From NCBI GenBank assembly GCA_017939155.1, contig JAGAZZ010000048.1, positions 23,083-87,082 of the forward strand: 64,000 bases of DNA, read 5' to 3'. The position numbers were made by a program, and so were the translations under genes. Shown in pieces: positions 1 through 9,635 of the stretch. The first letter of the stretch is position 1, and the number at the start of each line of letters is the position of its first letter. The notes under the pieces were generated by a model, which had not been told where the DNA came from, ran no database searches, and was given only the letters and a program-made list of their open reading frames with translations. Source of the DNA: Alphaproteobacteria bacterium. GTDB lineage: Bacteria > Pseudomonadota > Alphaproteobacteria > RF32 > CAG-239.

Positions 1-13
1 GTTATTTCCGGAT

Positions 14-766
14 ATGACAACCAACAGCTACATTAAGCATTTTACCGGAAATATGTTTGTGACGTTAGTCCATACCATGTCGTTAACCACTTGCGGGTTA
101 ATTACGGTAGCTGGATTTTATGAAGATATATTCTGCGCAGCTTTCGGAATTTTTTATTTTTGTTTATTAATGACAGAGTTGTTGGGGCAATATAAAAAAG
201 ATTTTGCTTTTCTGCTATTGCCAAATTTGCTGTTTATGGCCGCGGTATCCTATAAGCCCTGGCACGCCGGAATACTCATCTTAATCATTATGCTGATATT
301 ATGGCAAAACCACAGTCAAAAAATCTCTAAAACACTTCTTGTCTACATCATTTTGTTTTTTATGGTGCAAATATACTGGAGCATAAGAGCGTTTGTACAG
401 GAAAAAAACGGCGCTTACAGCGCAGCGCCCGCCGTGCATGATTTTCTCAAACAAAAAAACATTTCAATAGATGAAACGGAGTTTTTAAGTTTTAACACAA
501 CCTCACTTTGCCCATACGATGAAACCAACTCTTGCACATATTGGGATTGGTGTAAGTATGGTTTTTTGAAAAAAGTCAAACCGATTGTCCTGCCGCAAAG
601 CGCCAAAGCCGTTCTCACCACTTGGGACCGTAAAACAATCAATAAGCAACTAACAAGCCAAGGATTCGTCTTAAAAGTATTTCCGTCAGAACACTTTTTT
701 GCCACCAGAGATATGTCCACGGATGAAACCATTTATCTGTATTATAAAGAGAGCAGCAATGAATAA
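14..766 (+). CDS. Polytopic membrane protein with soluble C-terminal domain; possibly 5'-partial
   Basis: 250-aa ORF. The N-terminal two-thirds is hydrophobic helices (GILILIIMLILW, LLVYIILFFMVQIYW). The frame stays open from window position 2 to the first ATG, so the gene may begin upstream. The stop overlaps the next start (ATGAATAA, 759-766). Confidence 0.5.
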   Translation: MTTNSYIKHFTGNMFVTLVHTMSLTTCGLITVAGFYEDIFCAAFGIFYFCLLMTELLGQYKKDFAFLLLPNLLFMAAVSYKPWHAGILILIIMLILWQNHSQKISKTLLVYIILFFMVQIYWSIRAFVQEKNGAYSAAPAVHDFLKQKNISIDETEFLSFNTTSLCPYDETNSCTYWDWCKYGFLKKVKPIVLPQSAKAVLTTWDRKTINKQLTSQGFVLKVFPSEHFFATRDMSTDETIYLYYKESSNE

Positions 767-2231
767 AAAAAGTGCGGATATTTCCTTGTTCATCTTGGTC
801 TTTGGGGCATTAAACCTGACGTTTTTGTTCTATGAAATCACGTTTTTTTGGGGCAATCATGATTGGGACTGGGTTAAAGGCACAACGCAGGTTTTGCAAT
901 TAAATACCGGTCTGTTTGAGGGTCGTTATGCCAAGTTTATCTTAAATGTTGTGCTGTTTGGCGGGCAGATTCTGCCGCTGTTAAATACGATTACAGCCTT
1001 TGCGTTTCTTGCCGTCGGTCAAGTGTTGTTGGTGAATTATTGGGGCTTAAAATCACCCTCATCTCGTATCTTAACCGCGCTCATACCGGCTTTATCGCCG
1101 TTTATTTTAGGCTGGTTGTTTTTCCCGATAAATATATTAGGTAATTTCTCAGCCGTTGCGCTGGTTGCGGGCGGGTTGCTCTTAACCGAAAAGCCACGTG
1201 TAGGGCACAAAATCGCCGCCGTGATATGTTTTATAACCGCGCTTGGGGTTTATCCGAGCGTGATGGAAATGCTCTTGCTCTGTTGGGCAGCTCGTCAAAT
1301 ATTGTTGCCGCCGACACAAACTAAACAAATGTTCTCATCTCTTATGGTCATTATCGCCGCTCTCATCGCCTTTAAACTTATTCTGTTGGGGCTAAATCAA
1401 GCAGGGCTGGTCTATATGGGGCATTATAATATGCAAACGGCAAGCTTAAGCGATATGTTCTCCCGTTTGCCGCAAACAATAACGCTGATGTTTAGCCAAA
1501 TGTTCGTAACGCTTCCCTTTTTGCCGTTTAGCTTAAAAGGGGCAGGGGGCTTGTTGGTGGTTTTAGCGTTTTATCTCTCTGCCCGCAACCTAAAAACACT
1601 TCTTTTGTGGAGCATAATGCTGGGCGCAACCGTTTTAAGCACGTTCTTGACCGCCGTGCCTGAAGAAACCGCTTATATGCCGCGGGTGAATTTCTATGGT
1701 TTGAATTATCTCTATGCCGCGGCGATAGCTATTCTCTTAAAGCAAAAAAAGCTCTATCGAAACCTGGGACTTGTCCTCGGTATACTGTATTTGTTAACCT
1801 CAGTAAAACAAAATCTTGAGGCACAAAAGGTTTGGTATTATGGCAAAAACGCTGAAGAAAAGCTTATTGAGCGGGTCATCAGTCGTATAGAGGAACAAGA
1901 GCCGCCTTTGCCAATAACACCGGTCATCGCCGGAGAAATGCCGCTTCGCCCGCGCTACTATGCCAACAGTTATATGAAAGCCGCCCCGTATCTTTTAGAA
2001 GCGCCGCTGATGGTTCGCCATATCCCGTCCGGAATGTTTAATTTCTATGCGCCAACGCCGCTTTTTACCGCTCATTCGCAAATTTCAACCCTGACCACCG
2101 AATTATATAACTATTTAAAAACCGCCACTCGCCCGTGGCCGGCACCGGAGGGGATGTATATAGACAATAATTATGTCATTTTACTTCTAACCCAAGACGG
2201 TATAAAAGCCATCCAAGCCCAACTGCCGTAA
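759..2231 (+). CDS. Polytopic inner-membrane protein, GT-C-like (putative membrane glycosyltransferase)
   Basis: Track ORF 699-2231. The preferred start is ATG 759 (MNKKSADISLFILVF), which overlaps the upstream stop. Many hydrophobic segments are followed by a soluble C-terminus of about 130 aa. The family assignment rests on architecture only. Confidence 0.55.
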   Translation: MNKKSADISLFILVFGALNLTFLFYEITFFWGNHDWDWVKGTTQVLQLNTGLFEGRYAKFILNVVLFGGQILPLLNTITAFAFLAVGQVLLVNYWGLKSPSSRILTALIPALSPFILGWLFFPINILGNFSAVALVAGGLLLTEKPRVGHKIAAVICFITALGVYPSVMEMLLLCWAARQILLPPTQTKQMFSSLMVIIAALIAFKLILLGLNQAGLVYMGHYNMQTASLSDMFSRLPQTITLMFSQMFVTLPFLPFSLKGAGGLLVVLAFYLSARNLKTLLLWSIMLGATVLSTFLTAVPEETAYMPRVNFYGLNYLYAAAIAILLKQKKLYRNLGLVLGILYLLTSVKQNLEAQKVWYYGKNAEEKLIERVISRIEEQEPPLPITPVIAGEMPLRPRYYANSYMKAAPYLLEAPLMVRHIPSGMFNFYAPTPLFTAHSQISTLTTELYNYLKTATRPWPAPEGMYIDNNYVILLLTQDGIKAIQAQLP

Positions 2232-2240
2232 AAAAAACTA

Positions 2241-2268
2241 TTGACAAAAAATAAACAAATGCTATACT
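2241..2268 (+). promoter_or_regulatory. Sigma70-type promoter (TTGACA-16nt-TATACT)
   Basis: TTGACA at 2241-2246 and TATACT at 2263-2268. The first 15 nt (TTGACAAAAAATAAA) are identical to the promoter at 3587. Confidence 0.5.
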
Positions 2269-2346
2269 CCTCTCCGCAATTAAAAATTATTTTAAAAAAT
2301 TATTGAGAGTTAGTATATTATGAATGTTTAATTAATCCCAAAAATT

Positions 2347-2889
2347 ATGTACACAGACAAATTAAATGAATTCGGAAGACGCTATGGTTATCCGATTTAT
2401 GTGATGGAAGACGGGTCGTTCTCTTCATCTAGAATCTCTGGTAAAAGAGTGTTGTTTACGGTCGAAGGTCCGATAGACAGCTCCTCTTATCCCAAATATC
2501 TCGAAGCGCAAAAAAAAGAACTTCCTCGCCGTACAACGGAGGTAATAAAAGCCTCTAAGGACTCCAAAGAGCGCACCGGCTTTAGGGGAAACGGCGGTTT
2601 CCTGAAAAATCTGGTTGACCGCTTTATAAAAAGCGAAAATATGGAAGTTCCCGTCTCTGATACATCTTCGGAATATACCGATTATGAAGAAGTAAAGGAA
2701 ACTGCGCCGACCAGAGTAAACACATCAAAAGGGGGTTCCGTGGCAAGAACAGAGCATCCCGGCAATGGCATTTTCCGTCATCATTCAAAAGATTGGAGCG
2801 TAGAAGCTCAGGGCGTTAGCGCTGTCAAAACCGCACATATTCGCGAAGGTGATAGAGAAATGTATGTGGCAAATTATGTGTTCAATTAA
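2347..2889 (+). CDS. Orphan protein, NEFG-RYGYP N-terminal family (paralog of 3661-4113)
   Basis: 180-aa ORF with its own promoter. N-terminal KLNEFGRRYGYPIYVMEDGSF matches QLNEFGKRYGYPFYVFDNGDI of 3661-4113. No SD upstream. Confidence 0.6.
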   Translation: MYTDKLNEFGRRYGYPIYVMEDGSFSSSRISGKRVLFTVEGPIDSSSYPKYLEAQKKELPRRTTEVIKASKDSKERTGFRGNGGFLKNLVDRFIKSENMEVPVSDTSSEYTDYEEVKETAPTRVNTSKGGSVARTEHPGNGIFRHHSKDWSVEAQGVSAVKTAHIREGDREMYVANYVFN

Positions 2890-2906
2890 CTTATATTCTA
2901 AGAAAT

Positions 2907-3518
2907 ATGGGTAAAGAAATTTTATTCTCTGACATACAAGCCGATAATACTGGCTATGTTATATTAGAGCAGAAAGAATGCATAACACTTAGACCGTATG
3001 GTAGCTGGGACAACGACAAAAGTAGGAGACCGATGAACTACCATATCCCCGGTTGTCCTACGATTCCGTATTCTGCTTCGCTAAACTTATACGGTTTTAA
3101 AAACTGTATGGTTGCTTTATATCTTGACCGAGAGGTGTATGGCAAGTTTGACTTTGTACATATCTGGTATTGTAAAAGCAAACCGAAATCGCGCTTCAAA
3201 CCGAAATCGCGCTTTCTGCGGTGGATAATCTCTAAATTGCCTTATTGGATTGCCCTAGATGTTGCTAATCAGGATGCTGCTTTTCTGCGGAAGACAATCT
3301 CTAAATTACCTTATTGGAAGGCTCGAGATGTTGCTAATCTGCACGCTACAGATGAAGGTTTTAAGATTATCACCAAGAACAACAAGTATGCCGAATTTGA
3401 AATCAGCTTTGCCGCAAATTCCGAAAAACCGGTTGAGCTGACGGCAGATGACGGCACGAAACTAAAAGTAGACACCGCGCTTAAAGACACCGGAATATGG
3501 TATATCTACGTTCACTAA
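2907..3518 (+). CDS. Orphan protein with internal tandem repeats
   Basis: 203-aa ORF starting 17 nt after the previous stop. It contains KPKSRF x2 and a 23-aa unit (FLRWIISKLPYWIALDVANQDAA / FLRKTISKLPYWKARDVANLHAT). Confidence 0.6.
   Translation: MGKEILFSDIQADNTGYVILEQKECITLRPYGSWDNDKSRRPMNYHIPGCPTIPYSASLNLYGFKNCMVALYLDREVYGKFDFVHIWYCKSKPKSRFKPKSRFLRWIISKLPYWIALDVANQDAAFLRKTISKLPYWKARDVANLHATDEGFKIITKNNKYAEFEISFAANSEKPVELTADDGTKLKVDTALKDTGIWYIYVH
3181..3340. repeat. Coding tandem repeats: 18-nt x2 (3181-3213) and 69-nt x about 1.8 (3214-3340)
   Basis: aaccgaaatcgcgct occurs at 3181 and 3199. ttctgcgg...tctctaaatt.ccttattgga...gatgttgctaatc occurs at 3214 and 3283. Confidence 0.85.
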
Positions 3519-3586
3519 AAAAAGATTTCCGTTTAAGATAGCATTGCTATTTTAAGCGGGAATTTTTTATGCCATTAAAATATTGC

Positions 3587-3616
3587 TTGACAAAAAATAA
3601 AAAATCGTCCATAACT
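3587..3616 (+). promoter_or_regulatory. Sigma70-type promoter (TTGACA ... CATAACT)
   Basis: TTGACAAAAAATAAA at 3587. A -10-like ATAACT lies 18 nt downstream of the -35. Confidence 0.45.
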
Positions 3617-3660
3617 CTTACATAAAGTTTATTATAAAAAAATTATTAAAATTAAATATT

Positions 3661-4113
3661 ATGGAAACAATAAAACAATTAAATGAATTCGGAAAGCGTT
3701 ACGGTTATCCTTTCTATGTCTTTGACAATGGAGATATAAAAAAGGATTTGCTGGATACAAACCCCTTCAAATTTATAGTAACCGGTTTGTTGGACGAACA
3801 AAAATCGCTTAGAAATCAAGCAATTATGCGTTATGAAACTTGGCTTAGAGCACCAAGTAGTCCCTCATCTCCGAAGCTTCCGGAAGAGCTTAGTATTCCG
3901 GCATATCTAAAGCCGAAAATATACAGTTTTCCGAAAAGTAATGCAACTGTTTATGCGTATGCAGAACCAAAAATCAGTTGTTTGTATAAAATTGTGCCGG
4001 ATACCGAAAACTTTAGAGTCGTCTTTTTTGCACCTCATATGCAGGTAAAGCAGGTAAATATGAAGGAAAAAAACGGAGAAATTAAGGTATTTGTTTACAT
4101 TTTTAGAGTGTAA
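3661..4113 (+). CDS. Orphan protein, NEFG-RYGYP N-terminal family
   Basis: 150-aa ORF. It shares its N-terminal motif with 2347-2889, including a 16-nt identical DNA stretch (attaaatgaattcgga). It is followed by a terminator. Confidence 0.6.
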   Translation: METIKQLNEFGKRYGYPFYVFDNGDIKKDLLDTNPFKFIVTGLLDEQKSLRNQAIMRYETWLRAPSSPSSPKLPEELSIPAYLKPKIYSFPKSNATVYAYAEPKISCLYKIVPDTENFRVVFFAPHMQVKQVNMKEKNGEIKVFVYIFRV

Positions 4114-4127
4114 AGTCTACTTAAAAA

Positions 4128-4152
4128 GCGCCGATAAAATCGGCGCTTTTTC
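4128..4152 (+). terminator. Rho-independent terminator
   Basis: gcgccgat-aaa-atcggcgc stem-loop followed by a T-run. Confidence 0.75.
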
Positions 4153-4168
4153 TTTATAAAAAAAAATA

Positions 4169-4197
4169 TTGACAAAATTTAGGCAATAGATTATAAC
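4169..4197 (+). promoter_or_regulatory. Sigma70-type promoter (TTGACA-17nt-TATAAC)
   Basis: TTGACA at 4169-4174 and TATAAC at 4192-4197. Confidence 0.5.
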
Positions 4198-4243
4198 AAA
4201 ATGCAGAAAAATATTTTTATGTCTAACTCTTAAATTTTTTATT

Positions 4244-5320
4244 ATGGAAAAAGTATCATTTATTTCAAAATTATTCGGATTTAACACAAAGAGAACATCT
4301 CCAGTAAAATCTCCAGAACCGGAATATTCCGGTCCGCTCACCTTTTTCGGTACACCGGAAAATCAGTATATATCAGGTCAGAATGAAGCCCGCGCCGCTG
4401 TTGCCAACGCATTTTCCCAAATGCTTGCTTATAACGAGCAAAGAAAGCTTGCAATAAACGATAAGGCAATGATGTGTCGCTCGGATTATCAAGCAAAATG
4501 GCAGTTACCAATGCTTCTTTATATCGAGTTGAACGATATGGTGATTATGTTTGAAGATTATTACAAAATCTTTGATTATCTGGGATTAGGCAAACTTTTA
4601 TCATCAAATAAATTTTCTTCTGCCCCAAAGTCTGTGCCAAAGAACCAAGGTGTTTACGGAAGTGTTGATATTCACTTAGATGAAAAAATAACCTTTAAAG
4701 GATATTTTGTTATAAGCCAAGCGATACCGGGTTGGGATGCTTATAGTCAGTTCGCCACATTTAAGTGCGGAGAATTCTGTATCTTCGTTATGCCCGGAAG
4801 TCGGCATATCTTGATAGGGCATCTGGACGGAATGGAACAGTGGAGGACTTATAGTCATGATTACAAAGCCTTGTATAACAACGTTTGGGTAAAAAAACGA
4901 GCTGCTTTTTGTTATAGCTCAGAGAATAAAGAGCAAACAATGTATATGAACTTTATCATAAACAAAAACAATAGCAGAGAATATGATGTTACCTTTAAGG
5001 ATAAGAAAAGAGAAATCTGTTATAAAAGCAGAGAGTTTTCACACGAGGAATTTTGTAGTCTGGTCAAAAGCGGAAGGCAGGAATGGCGAAAGCAGTTCTC
5101 CAAAATGACGAAAGAAATAGCTTTTTACTTTTGTAAAGAATATTCTCCGTTACACTTTACTAGAGTAAATAATCCGCTTCGTTATAGCTGGAATATAGGC
5201 TCTACACCGGCAGGTCGAATAGGCTTAATTTGTAATTTGATAGATAAAGATTATCTTCTGCCGGCAAGACCGCTCACAGACGTTTGTGTCAAGCTTCCGG
5301 ACAATCTTCTTTCTTGTTAA
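4244..5320 (+). CDS. Orphan protein (358 aa)
   Basis: Long ORF with its own promoter and terminator. I recognise no motif. The leader is AT-rich and has no SD. Confidence 0.6.
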   Translation: MEKVSFISKLFGFNTKRTSPVKSPEPEYSGPLTFFGTPENQYISGQNEARAAVANAFSQMLAYNEQRKLAINDKAMMCRSDYQAKWQLPMLLYIELNDMVIMFEDYYKIFDYLGLGKLLSSNKFSSAPKSVPKNQGVYGSVDIHLDEKITFKGYFVISQAIPGWDAYSQFATFKCGEFCIFVMPGSRHILIGHLDGMEQWRTYSHDYKALYNNVWVKKRAAFCYSSENKEQTMYMNFIINKNNSREYDVTFKDKKREICYKSREFSHEEFCSLVKSGRQEWRKQFSKMTKEIAFYFCKEYSPLHFTRVNNPLRYSWNIGSTPAGRIGLICNLIDKDYLLPARPLTDVCVKLPDNLLSC

Positions 5321-5339
5321 AAAAATCCGAATTTTTAGA

Positions 5340-5363
5340 AGCTCCGTTAAACGGAGCTTTTTT
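5340..5363 (+). terminator. Rho-independent terminator
   Basis: agctccgt-taa-acggagct followed by tttttt. Confidence 0.75.
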
Positions 5364-5377
5364 ATTTTTTCTTCCTA

Positions 5378-5409
5378 CTTGATTTTCTATAAGCGCATTT
5401 CCTACATAT
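5378..5409 (+). promoter_or_regulatory. Possible RpoH (sigma32)-type heat-shock promoter of clpB
   Basis: CTTGAT at 5378 and CCTACATAT at 5401. This resembles CTTG-N17-19-CCTATAT-like heat-shock promoters. The spacing is at the long end. Confidence 0.3.
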
Positions 5410-5425
5410 ACATTAAAGGAGAAAA

Positions 5426-7990
5426 ATGATGAATATGGAAAAATTAACCTTAAAAACCGGTGAAGCCATCAAAAATTCTGTTGATATGGCAGTTAAAGCC
5501 GGCAATCAGTTTGTCACCCCGTTGCACCTCTTAGGCGCAATGCTGGAGTTAAATGAACCCGTGCTGGATAATTTAATCAAAGAAAGCGGCGGCAATCTGA
5601 CATTATTAAAATCAGACGTCACCGCAGAGCTTAAAAAACTTCCTTCGGTAAGCGGTGAAAACATCCAAAGCTCATTATCGCAGGAATACAATCGTTTGCT
5701 TCTCGAAGCCGAGAGTTTTGCTGAGAAAAATAACGATAAATTCGTCACCTTGGAGCGCCTGTTTCAGGTTTTAGCTCAAAGTTCAGGAAATATTGCCTCA
5801 GAGCTTTTGAAAAAGTCCGGTGTTGACCCTGTCAAATTAAACCAAGCTGTCAGCGCATATCGTAAAGGTCGCTTGGCAGATAGCGAAACCGCCGAAGATA
5901 CGTTTGAGAGCTTAAAAAAGTTTACCACCGATTTAACTGCCCGCGCTAAAGAGGGCAAGCTGGACCCAGTTGTCGGCAGGGACGCGGAAATCCGCCGTAC
6001 CATTCAAGTCCTCTCACGGCGTACTAAAAACAATCCGGTGCTGATAGGCGAGCCCGGCGTCGGTAAAACCGCAATTGTTGAGGGGTTGGCGATGCGTATT
6101 ATCAATAAAGACGTCCCCGAAAGCCTAAGAAACAAACGCCTGCTTGCACTGGATATGGGCGCCTTAATCGCCGGTGCTAAATTCCGCGGAGAGTTTGAAG
6201 AACGCTTAAAATCTGTCTTAAAAGAGGTTGAAGAAGCCGCAGGGACGGTTATCCTCTTTATAGATGAAATGCACACCATCGTCGGTGCCGGTGCCGCTGA
6301 AGGCTCAATGGACGCCTCAAACCTCTTAAAACCGGCGTTAGCCCGCGGTGAACTGCATTGTATCGGCGCCACCACCTTAAACGAATATAAAAAATATGTT
6401 GAAAAAGACGCCGCTCTTGCCCGTCGTTTCCAGCCGGTTTATGTTGATGAGCCCGATGTCGAGGAAACAATCACGATTTTGCGTGGCATTAAAGACAAGT
6501 TTGAGCTTCACCACGGCGTGCGTATTTCAGACGGCGCGTTGGTAGCAGCAGCCGAGCTTGCCAACCGCTATATCGCCGACCGTTATATGCCGGATAAAGC
6601 TATCGACTTAATGGATGAAGCTGCGTCCTCTTTAAGAATGAGCATCGATTCAAAACCCGAAGAACTGGACACGCTTGACCGGAAAATCCTCCAGCTCAAA
6701 ATCGAAAAAGAAGCCTTAAAAAAAGAAACCGATGAGCACTCTCAAAACCGTTTGCAAGAGCTTGAAAAAGAACTGGCAAATTTAGAAGAACAGGCAAACC
6801 TCTTAACCGCTTCTTGGAACAAAGAAAAGGACAGTTTGCAAAAAATCACCGAAATCAAAGACAAACTCGATAAAGCCAAAAGCGAGGTGCAAATTGCCGA
6901 AAGAAACGGTTTATACGAGCGGGCAGGGGAGCTGCAATATGGCATTATCCCCAAGCTCTCCTCCGAGCTCACCGAGCTTGAAAAAACAGCTAAAAAGACC
7001 TCCGAGCAAACCGTAAGCGCGGAAGACATTGCCAAAGTCGTTTCCAAGTGGACGGGCATACCGACCGATAAAATGCTCTCCTCCGAGCGTGAAAAACTGC
7101 TTCATCTTGAAGATTATCTAAAAAAACGCGTCATCGGTCAGGATACGGCTATTCAAGCGGTGGCAAACGCCGTCCGTCGTTCCCGTGCCGGAATCGCAAA
7201 CCCCGGTCAGCCGATAGGCTCGTTCTTGTTCTTAGGACCGACCGGTGTCGGCAAAACTGAACTGAGCAAAAGCTTGGCGGAGTTTTTGTTTAATGATGAA
7301 AACGCTATGCTAAGGGTCGATATGTCCGAATATATGGAAAAGCATTCGGTGTCGCGCCTTATCGGTTCGCCTCCGGGCTATGTTGGTTACGATGAAGGCG
7401 GAATATTGACCGAGAGCGTCCGCCGTCGTCCGTATCAGGTTATTTTGTTTGACGAGATAGAAAAAGCTCATCCCGATGTCTTTAATATCTTGTTGCAAAT
7501 CTTGGATGACGGTCGTTTAACTGATAGCAAAGGGCGTACAGTCAGCTTCAAAAACACCATCATCATTATGACCTCAAATTTAGGCGCCGAATATCTGATA
7601 GACACAAGTCTTCCCATAGAAAAGCGGGAAGAAAAAGCCTATGAAACCTTAAAACAGGCATTTCGACCCGAGTTCTTAAACCGGATAGATGACATCATAA
7701 TGTTTAATCGTTTGTCAAAAGACAACATTAAGCAAATAACCGCGCTAACCATTGCTAATATCGAAAAGCGCTTAAAATCGCGGGGGATAACCCTGAAATT
7801 AACCCCTGAGGCTTTGGATTGGGTGGCAAATAACGGTTATGATGAAGTCTATGGCGCCCGCCCTCTAAAACGCCTCTTAAAAAAGGAGCTTGAAAACAAG
7901 CTAGCCTTAGCGCTTTTGGCTAACGAAATCTCTGATAATCAAGAGATTAAAGTTGAGCTCAAAGAAGATGGCTTGGCGTTTAAGGGATAG
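5426..7990 (+). CDS. clpB: ATP-dependent chaperone ClpB
   Basis: Two AAA+ modules with Walker A motifs GEPGVGKT and GPTGVGKT. Also a long coiled-coil middle domain, a Clp N-domain, and AAAGGAG upstream. ATG 5429 or 5435 are alternative starts. Confidence 0.97.
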   Translation: MMNMEKLTLKTGEAIKNSVDMAVKAGNQFVTPLHLLGAMLELNEPVLDNLIKESGGNLTLLKSDVTAELKKLPSVSGENIQSSLSQEYNRLLLEAESFAEKNNDKFVTLERLFQVLAQSSGNIASELLKKSGVDPVKLNQAVSAYRKGRLADSETAEDTFESLKKFTTDLTARAKEGKLDPVVGRDAEIRRTIQVLSRRTKNNPVLIGEPGVGKTAIVEGLAMRIINKDVPESLRNKRLLALDMGALIAGAKFRGEFEERLKSVLKEVEEAAGTVILFIDEMHTIVGAGAAEGSMDASNLLKPALARGELHCIGATTLNEYKKYVEKDAALARRFQPVYVDEPDVEETITILRGIKDKFELHHGVRISDGALVAAAELANRYIADRYMPDKAIDLMDEAASSLRMSIDSKPEELDTLDRKILQLKIEKEALKKETDEHSQNRLQELEKELANLEEQANLLTASWNKEKDSLQKITEIKDKLDKAKSEVQIAERNGLYERAGELQYGIIPKLSSELTELEKTAKKTSEQTVSAEDIAKVVSKWTGIPTDKMLSSEREKLLHLEDYLKKRVIGQDTAIQAVANAVRRSRAGIANPGQPIGSFLFLGPTGVGKTELSKSLAEFLFNDENAMLRVDMSEYMEKHSVSRLIGSPPGYVGYDEGGILTESVRRRPYQVILFDEIEKAHPDVFNILLQILDDGRLTDSKGRTVSFKNTIIIMTSNLGAEYLIDTSLPIEKREEKAYETLKQAFRPEFLNRIDDIIMFNRLSKDNIKQITALTIANIEKRLKSRGITLKLTPEALDWVANNGYDEVYGARPLKRLLKKELENKLALALLANEISDNQEIKVELKEDGLAFKG

Positions 7991-8010
7991 TATGGCTAAA
8001 AAAGAGCAAA

Positions 8011-8042
8011 ATCCTCTGCTCATAAAGCAGGGGATTTTTTTT
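8011..8042 (+). terminator. Rho-independent terminator after clpB
   Basis: atcctctgct-cataa-agcaggggat followed by tttttttt. Confidence 0.7.
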
Positions 8043-8142
8043 AATTGTAACAAAATCTTCATTTTTACGCCCTAATAATAAGTATTGCAAAATGTCAAAA
8101 AATCTGCTAAAATAATCAAAAAAGCATAAGGGAGTAACCGAG

Positions 8143-9618
8143 ATGACTGATACAAAAAGCGCGATGAAAGATGATATGAAGCTGGCCAAAGCCAAAACAC
8201 TTCTTGTTCGGGCAGGTGTGGACGCAGACAAAACTCTAAAACAATTGGTCGCAAAATATGGTGCCAATACTTATGACATCGTCTTAAATGCAATGTTAAA
8301 ACCGACCGATATGATGATTGCAGCTGGTCAGAAATTTGCTAATACCAAAAAGACGATTGAGTATTATGCCTCTCATCAGGTTTCAGATGTGCAATTAGCA
8401 AAGGCTATCAATAAAACCAAAGCTGAAATTGCCAAGAGAAGTGCGCAAAAAGGCACATCTTCAACCACAAATAGACAAGCAAGCACAAGAGCCAGTGCGA
8501 GAAGTGAGAGGTTTAATAACCGGGTAAGCAATCGCACTCCGTCCAAAACATCAGCCGTGAACCAAAACAAACATAATGCAAAAACAAATGGAATTCCGTT
8601 TAAGTCAGAGGAAGGCTTAGGCTATAAAGCCCCGTGGAGTGCTAATAAAACGCCAACCCCAGCCAAATCACAAACAACCAAAAGAACCACTCAAAAAACA
8701 CCGGCGGTAAAAACGACCACATCCCCAAAGCAGACCACCAATTCAACGCCGGTGACAGTACCTTATGCAAATAATTCGGGTATAGTGGTTGAAATGCCTT
8801 GGCATAAGAACACTCAAGAAGAACAATCAGGTCAGTTTGCATGGCAAGGCGCAAAGGTTACAACTCCTGAAGATGTTTATAATAAGTCTTTTGAGGGCAG
8901 GTCAGACAAAGTATCGCTTGATGAATTAATGAAACAAACCGGCGTCACCCAAGCTGACATCCAAGCCGTTTTCAAAGCTCATCCTGAGATTGTTCAAGAA
9001 ATGGGCGGTGGTAAAACCAATCAGGCTTTGGCTAAAGCTGCCTCCAGAGTATCAGGTCGCAGTCAACACAATTGTCTTACCGGTGTACAAGAGATGCACT
9101 GTGCGGTTAACTCTGAAAATGGTGAATATATTGCTAAATATAATGCAAACTGGCCAGAGAAAATTCCGCAGGCAGACGGAAAAAATTCTGCCTGTAATGT
9201 GTATATTCCGTTGGAAAAAAGCGGCAAGTACATCACATTAACTTACCCTAATAAAGCTTATCACAAATCAGCAGATTCAAAAGAAGCTAAGGAAATGCGG
9301 GATTTTAATAAAAAGCTTCCTTCCGGAACAACCGTCTGCGTCGATAATGATATTCCCGACGGCCGTCGTGGTAAGATAGATAATCCGAGTAAAGTTCATG
9401 GTCATACCTGGATTTTAGATAAACAAAAAGTTTCATGTAGTGATTTCAGAGAACCAAACGGACCAGCTTTTTCTAATTATGGCAAAAATATGCACATTTC
9501 AATCGCGAAAGATAACTGCATTTCTAAAGATTTAGCCTTAATGCTGATTAAACAAAAACAAGAACGCGAAGCCTTAGCTCTTGCCCAAGCTCGCGAGCAA
9601 AATAAAGGGCGCGCTTAA
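8143..9618 (+). CDS. Orphan protein: helical N-terminus, T/S/K/P-rich linker, C-terminal Cys/His domain
   Basis: 491-aa ORF with an AAGGGAG SD. The central region is low complexity (TTKRTTQKTPAVKTTTSPKQTTNSTP). The C-terminal part has HNCLTGV and, about 110 aa later, VHGHTWILD. That spacing is compatible with a papain-like Cys-His hydrolase. Confidence 0.6.
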   Translation: MTDTKSAMKDDMKLAKAKTLLVRAGVDADKTLKQLVAKYGANTYDIVLNAMLKPTDMMIAAGQKFANTKKTIEYYASHQVSDVQLAKAINKTKAEIAKRSAQKGTSSTTNRQASTRASARSERFNNRVSNRTPSKTSAVNQNKHNAKTNGIPFKSEEGLGYKAPWSANKTPTPAKSQTTKRTTQKTPAVKTTTSPKQTTNSTPVTVPYANNSGIVVEMPWHKNTQEEQSGQFAWQGAKVTTPEDVYNKSFEGRSDKVSLDELMKQTGVTQADIQAVFKAHPEIVQEMGGGKTNQALAKAASRVSGRSQHNCLTGVQEMHCAVNSENGEYIAKYNANWPEKIPQADGKNSACNVYIPLEKSGKYITLTYPNKAYHKSADSKEAKEMRDFNKKLPSGTTVCVDNDIPDGRRGKIDNPSKVHGHTWILDKQKVSCSDFREPNGPAFSNYGKNMHISIAKDNCISKDLALMLIKQKQEREALALAQAREQNKGRA

Positions 9619-9635
9619 GAACAAGGAGAAAAGCT

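Noticed and set aside
5506-7498. Multiple antisense ORFs inside clpB (for example 6004-6375 and 6742-7059).
   Set aside because: These are shadow ORFs opposite a highly conserved, GC-richer gene, with no independent signals.
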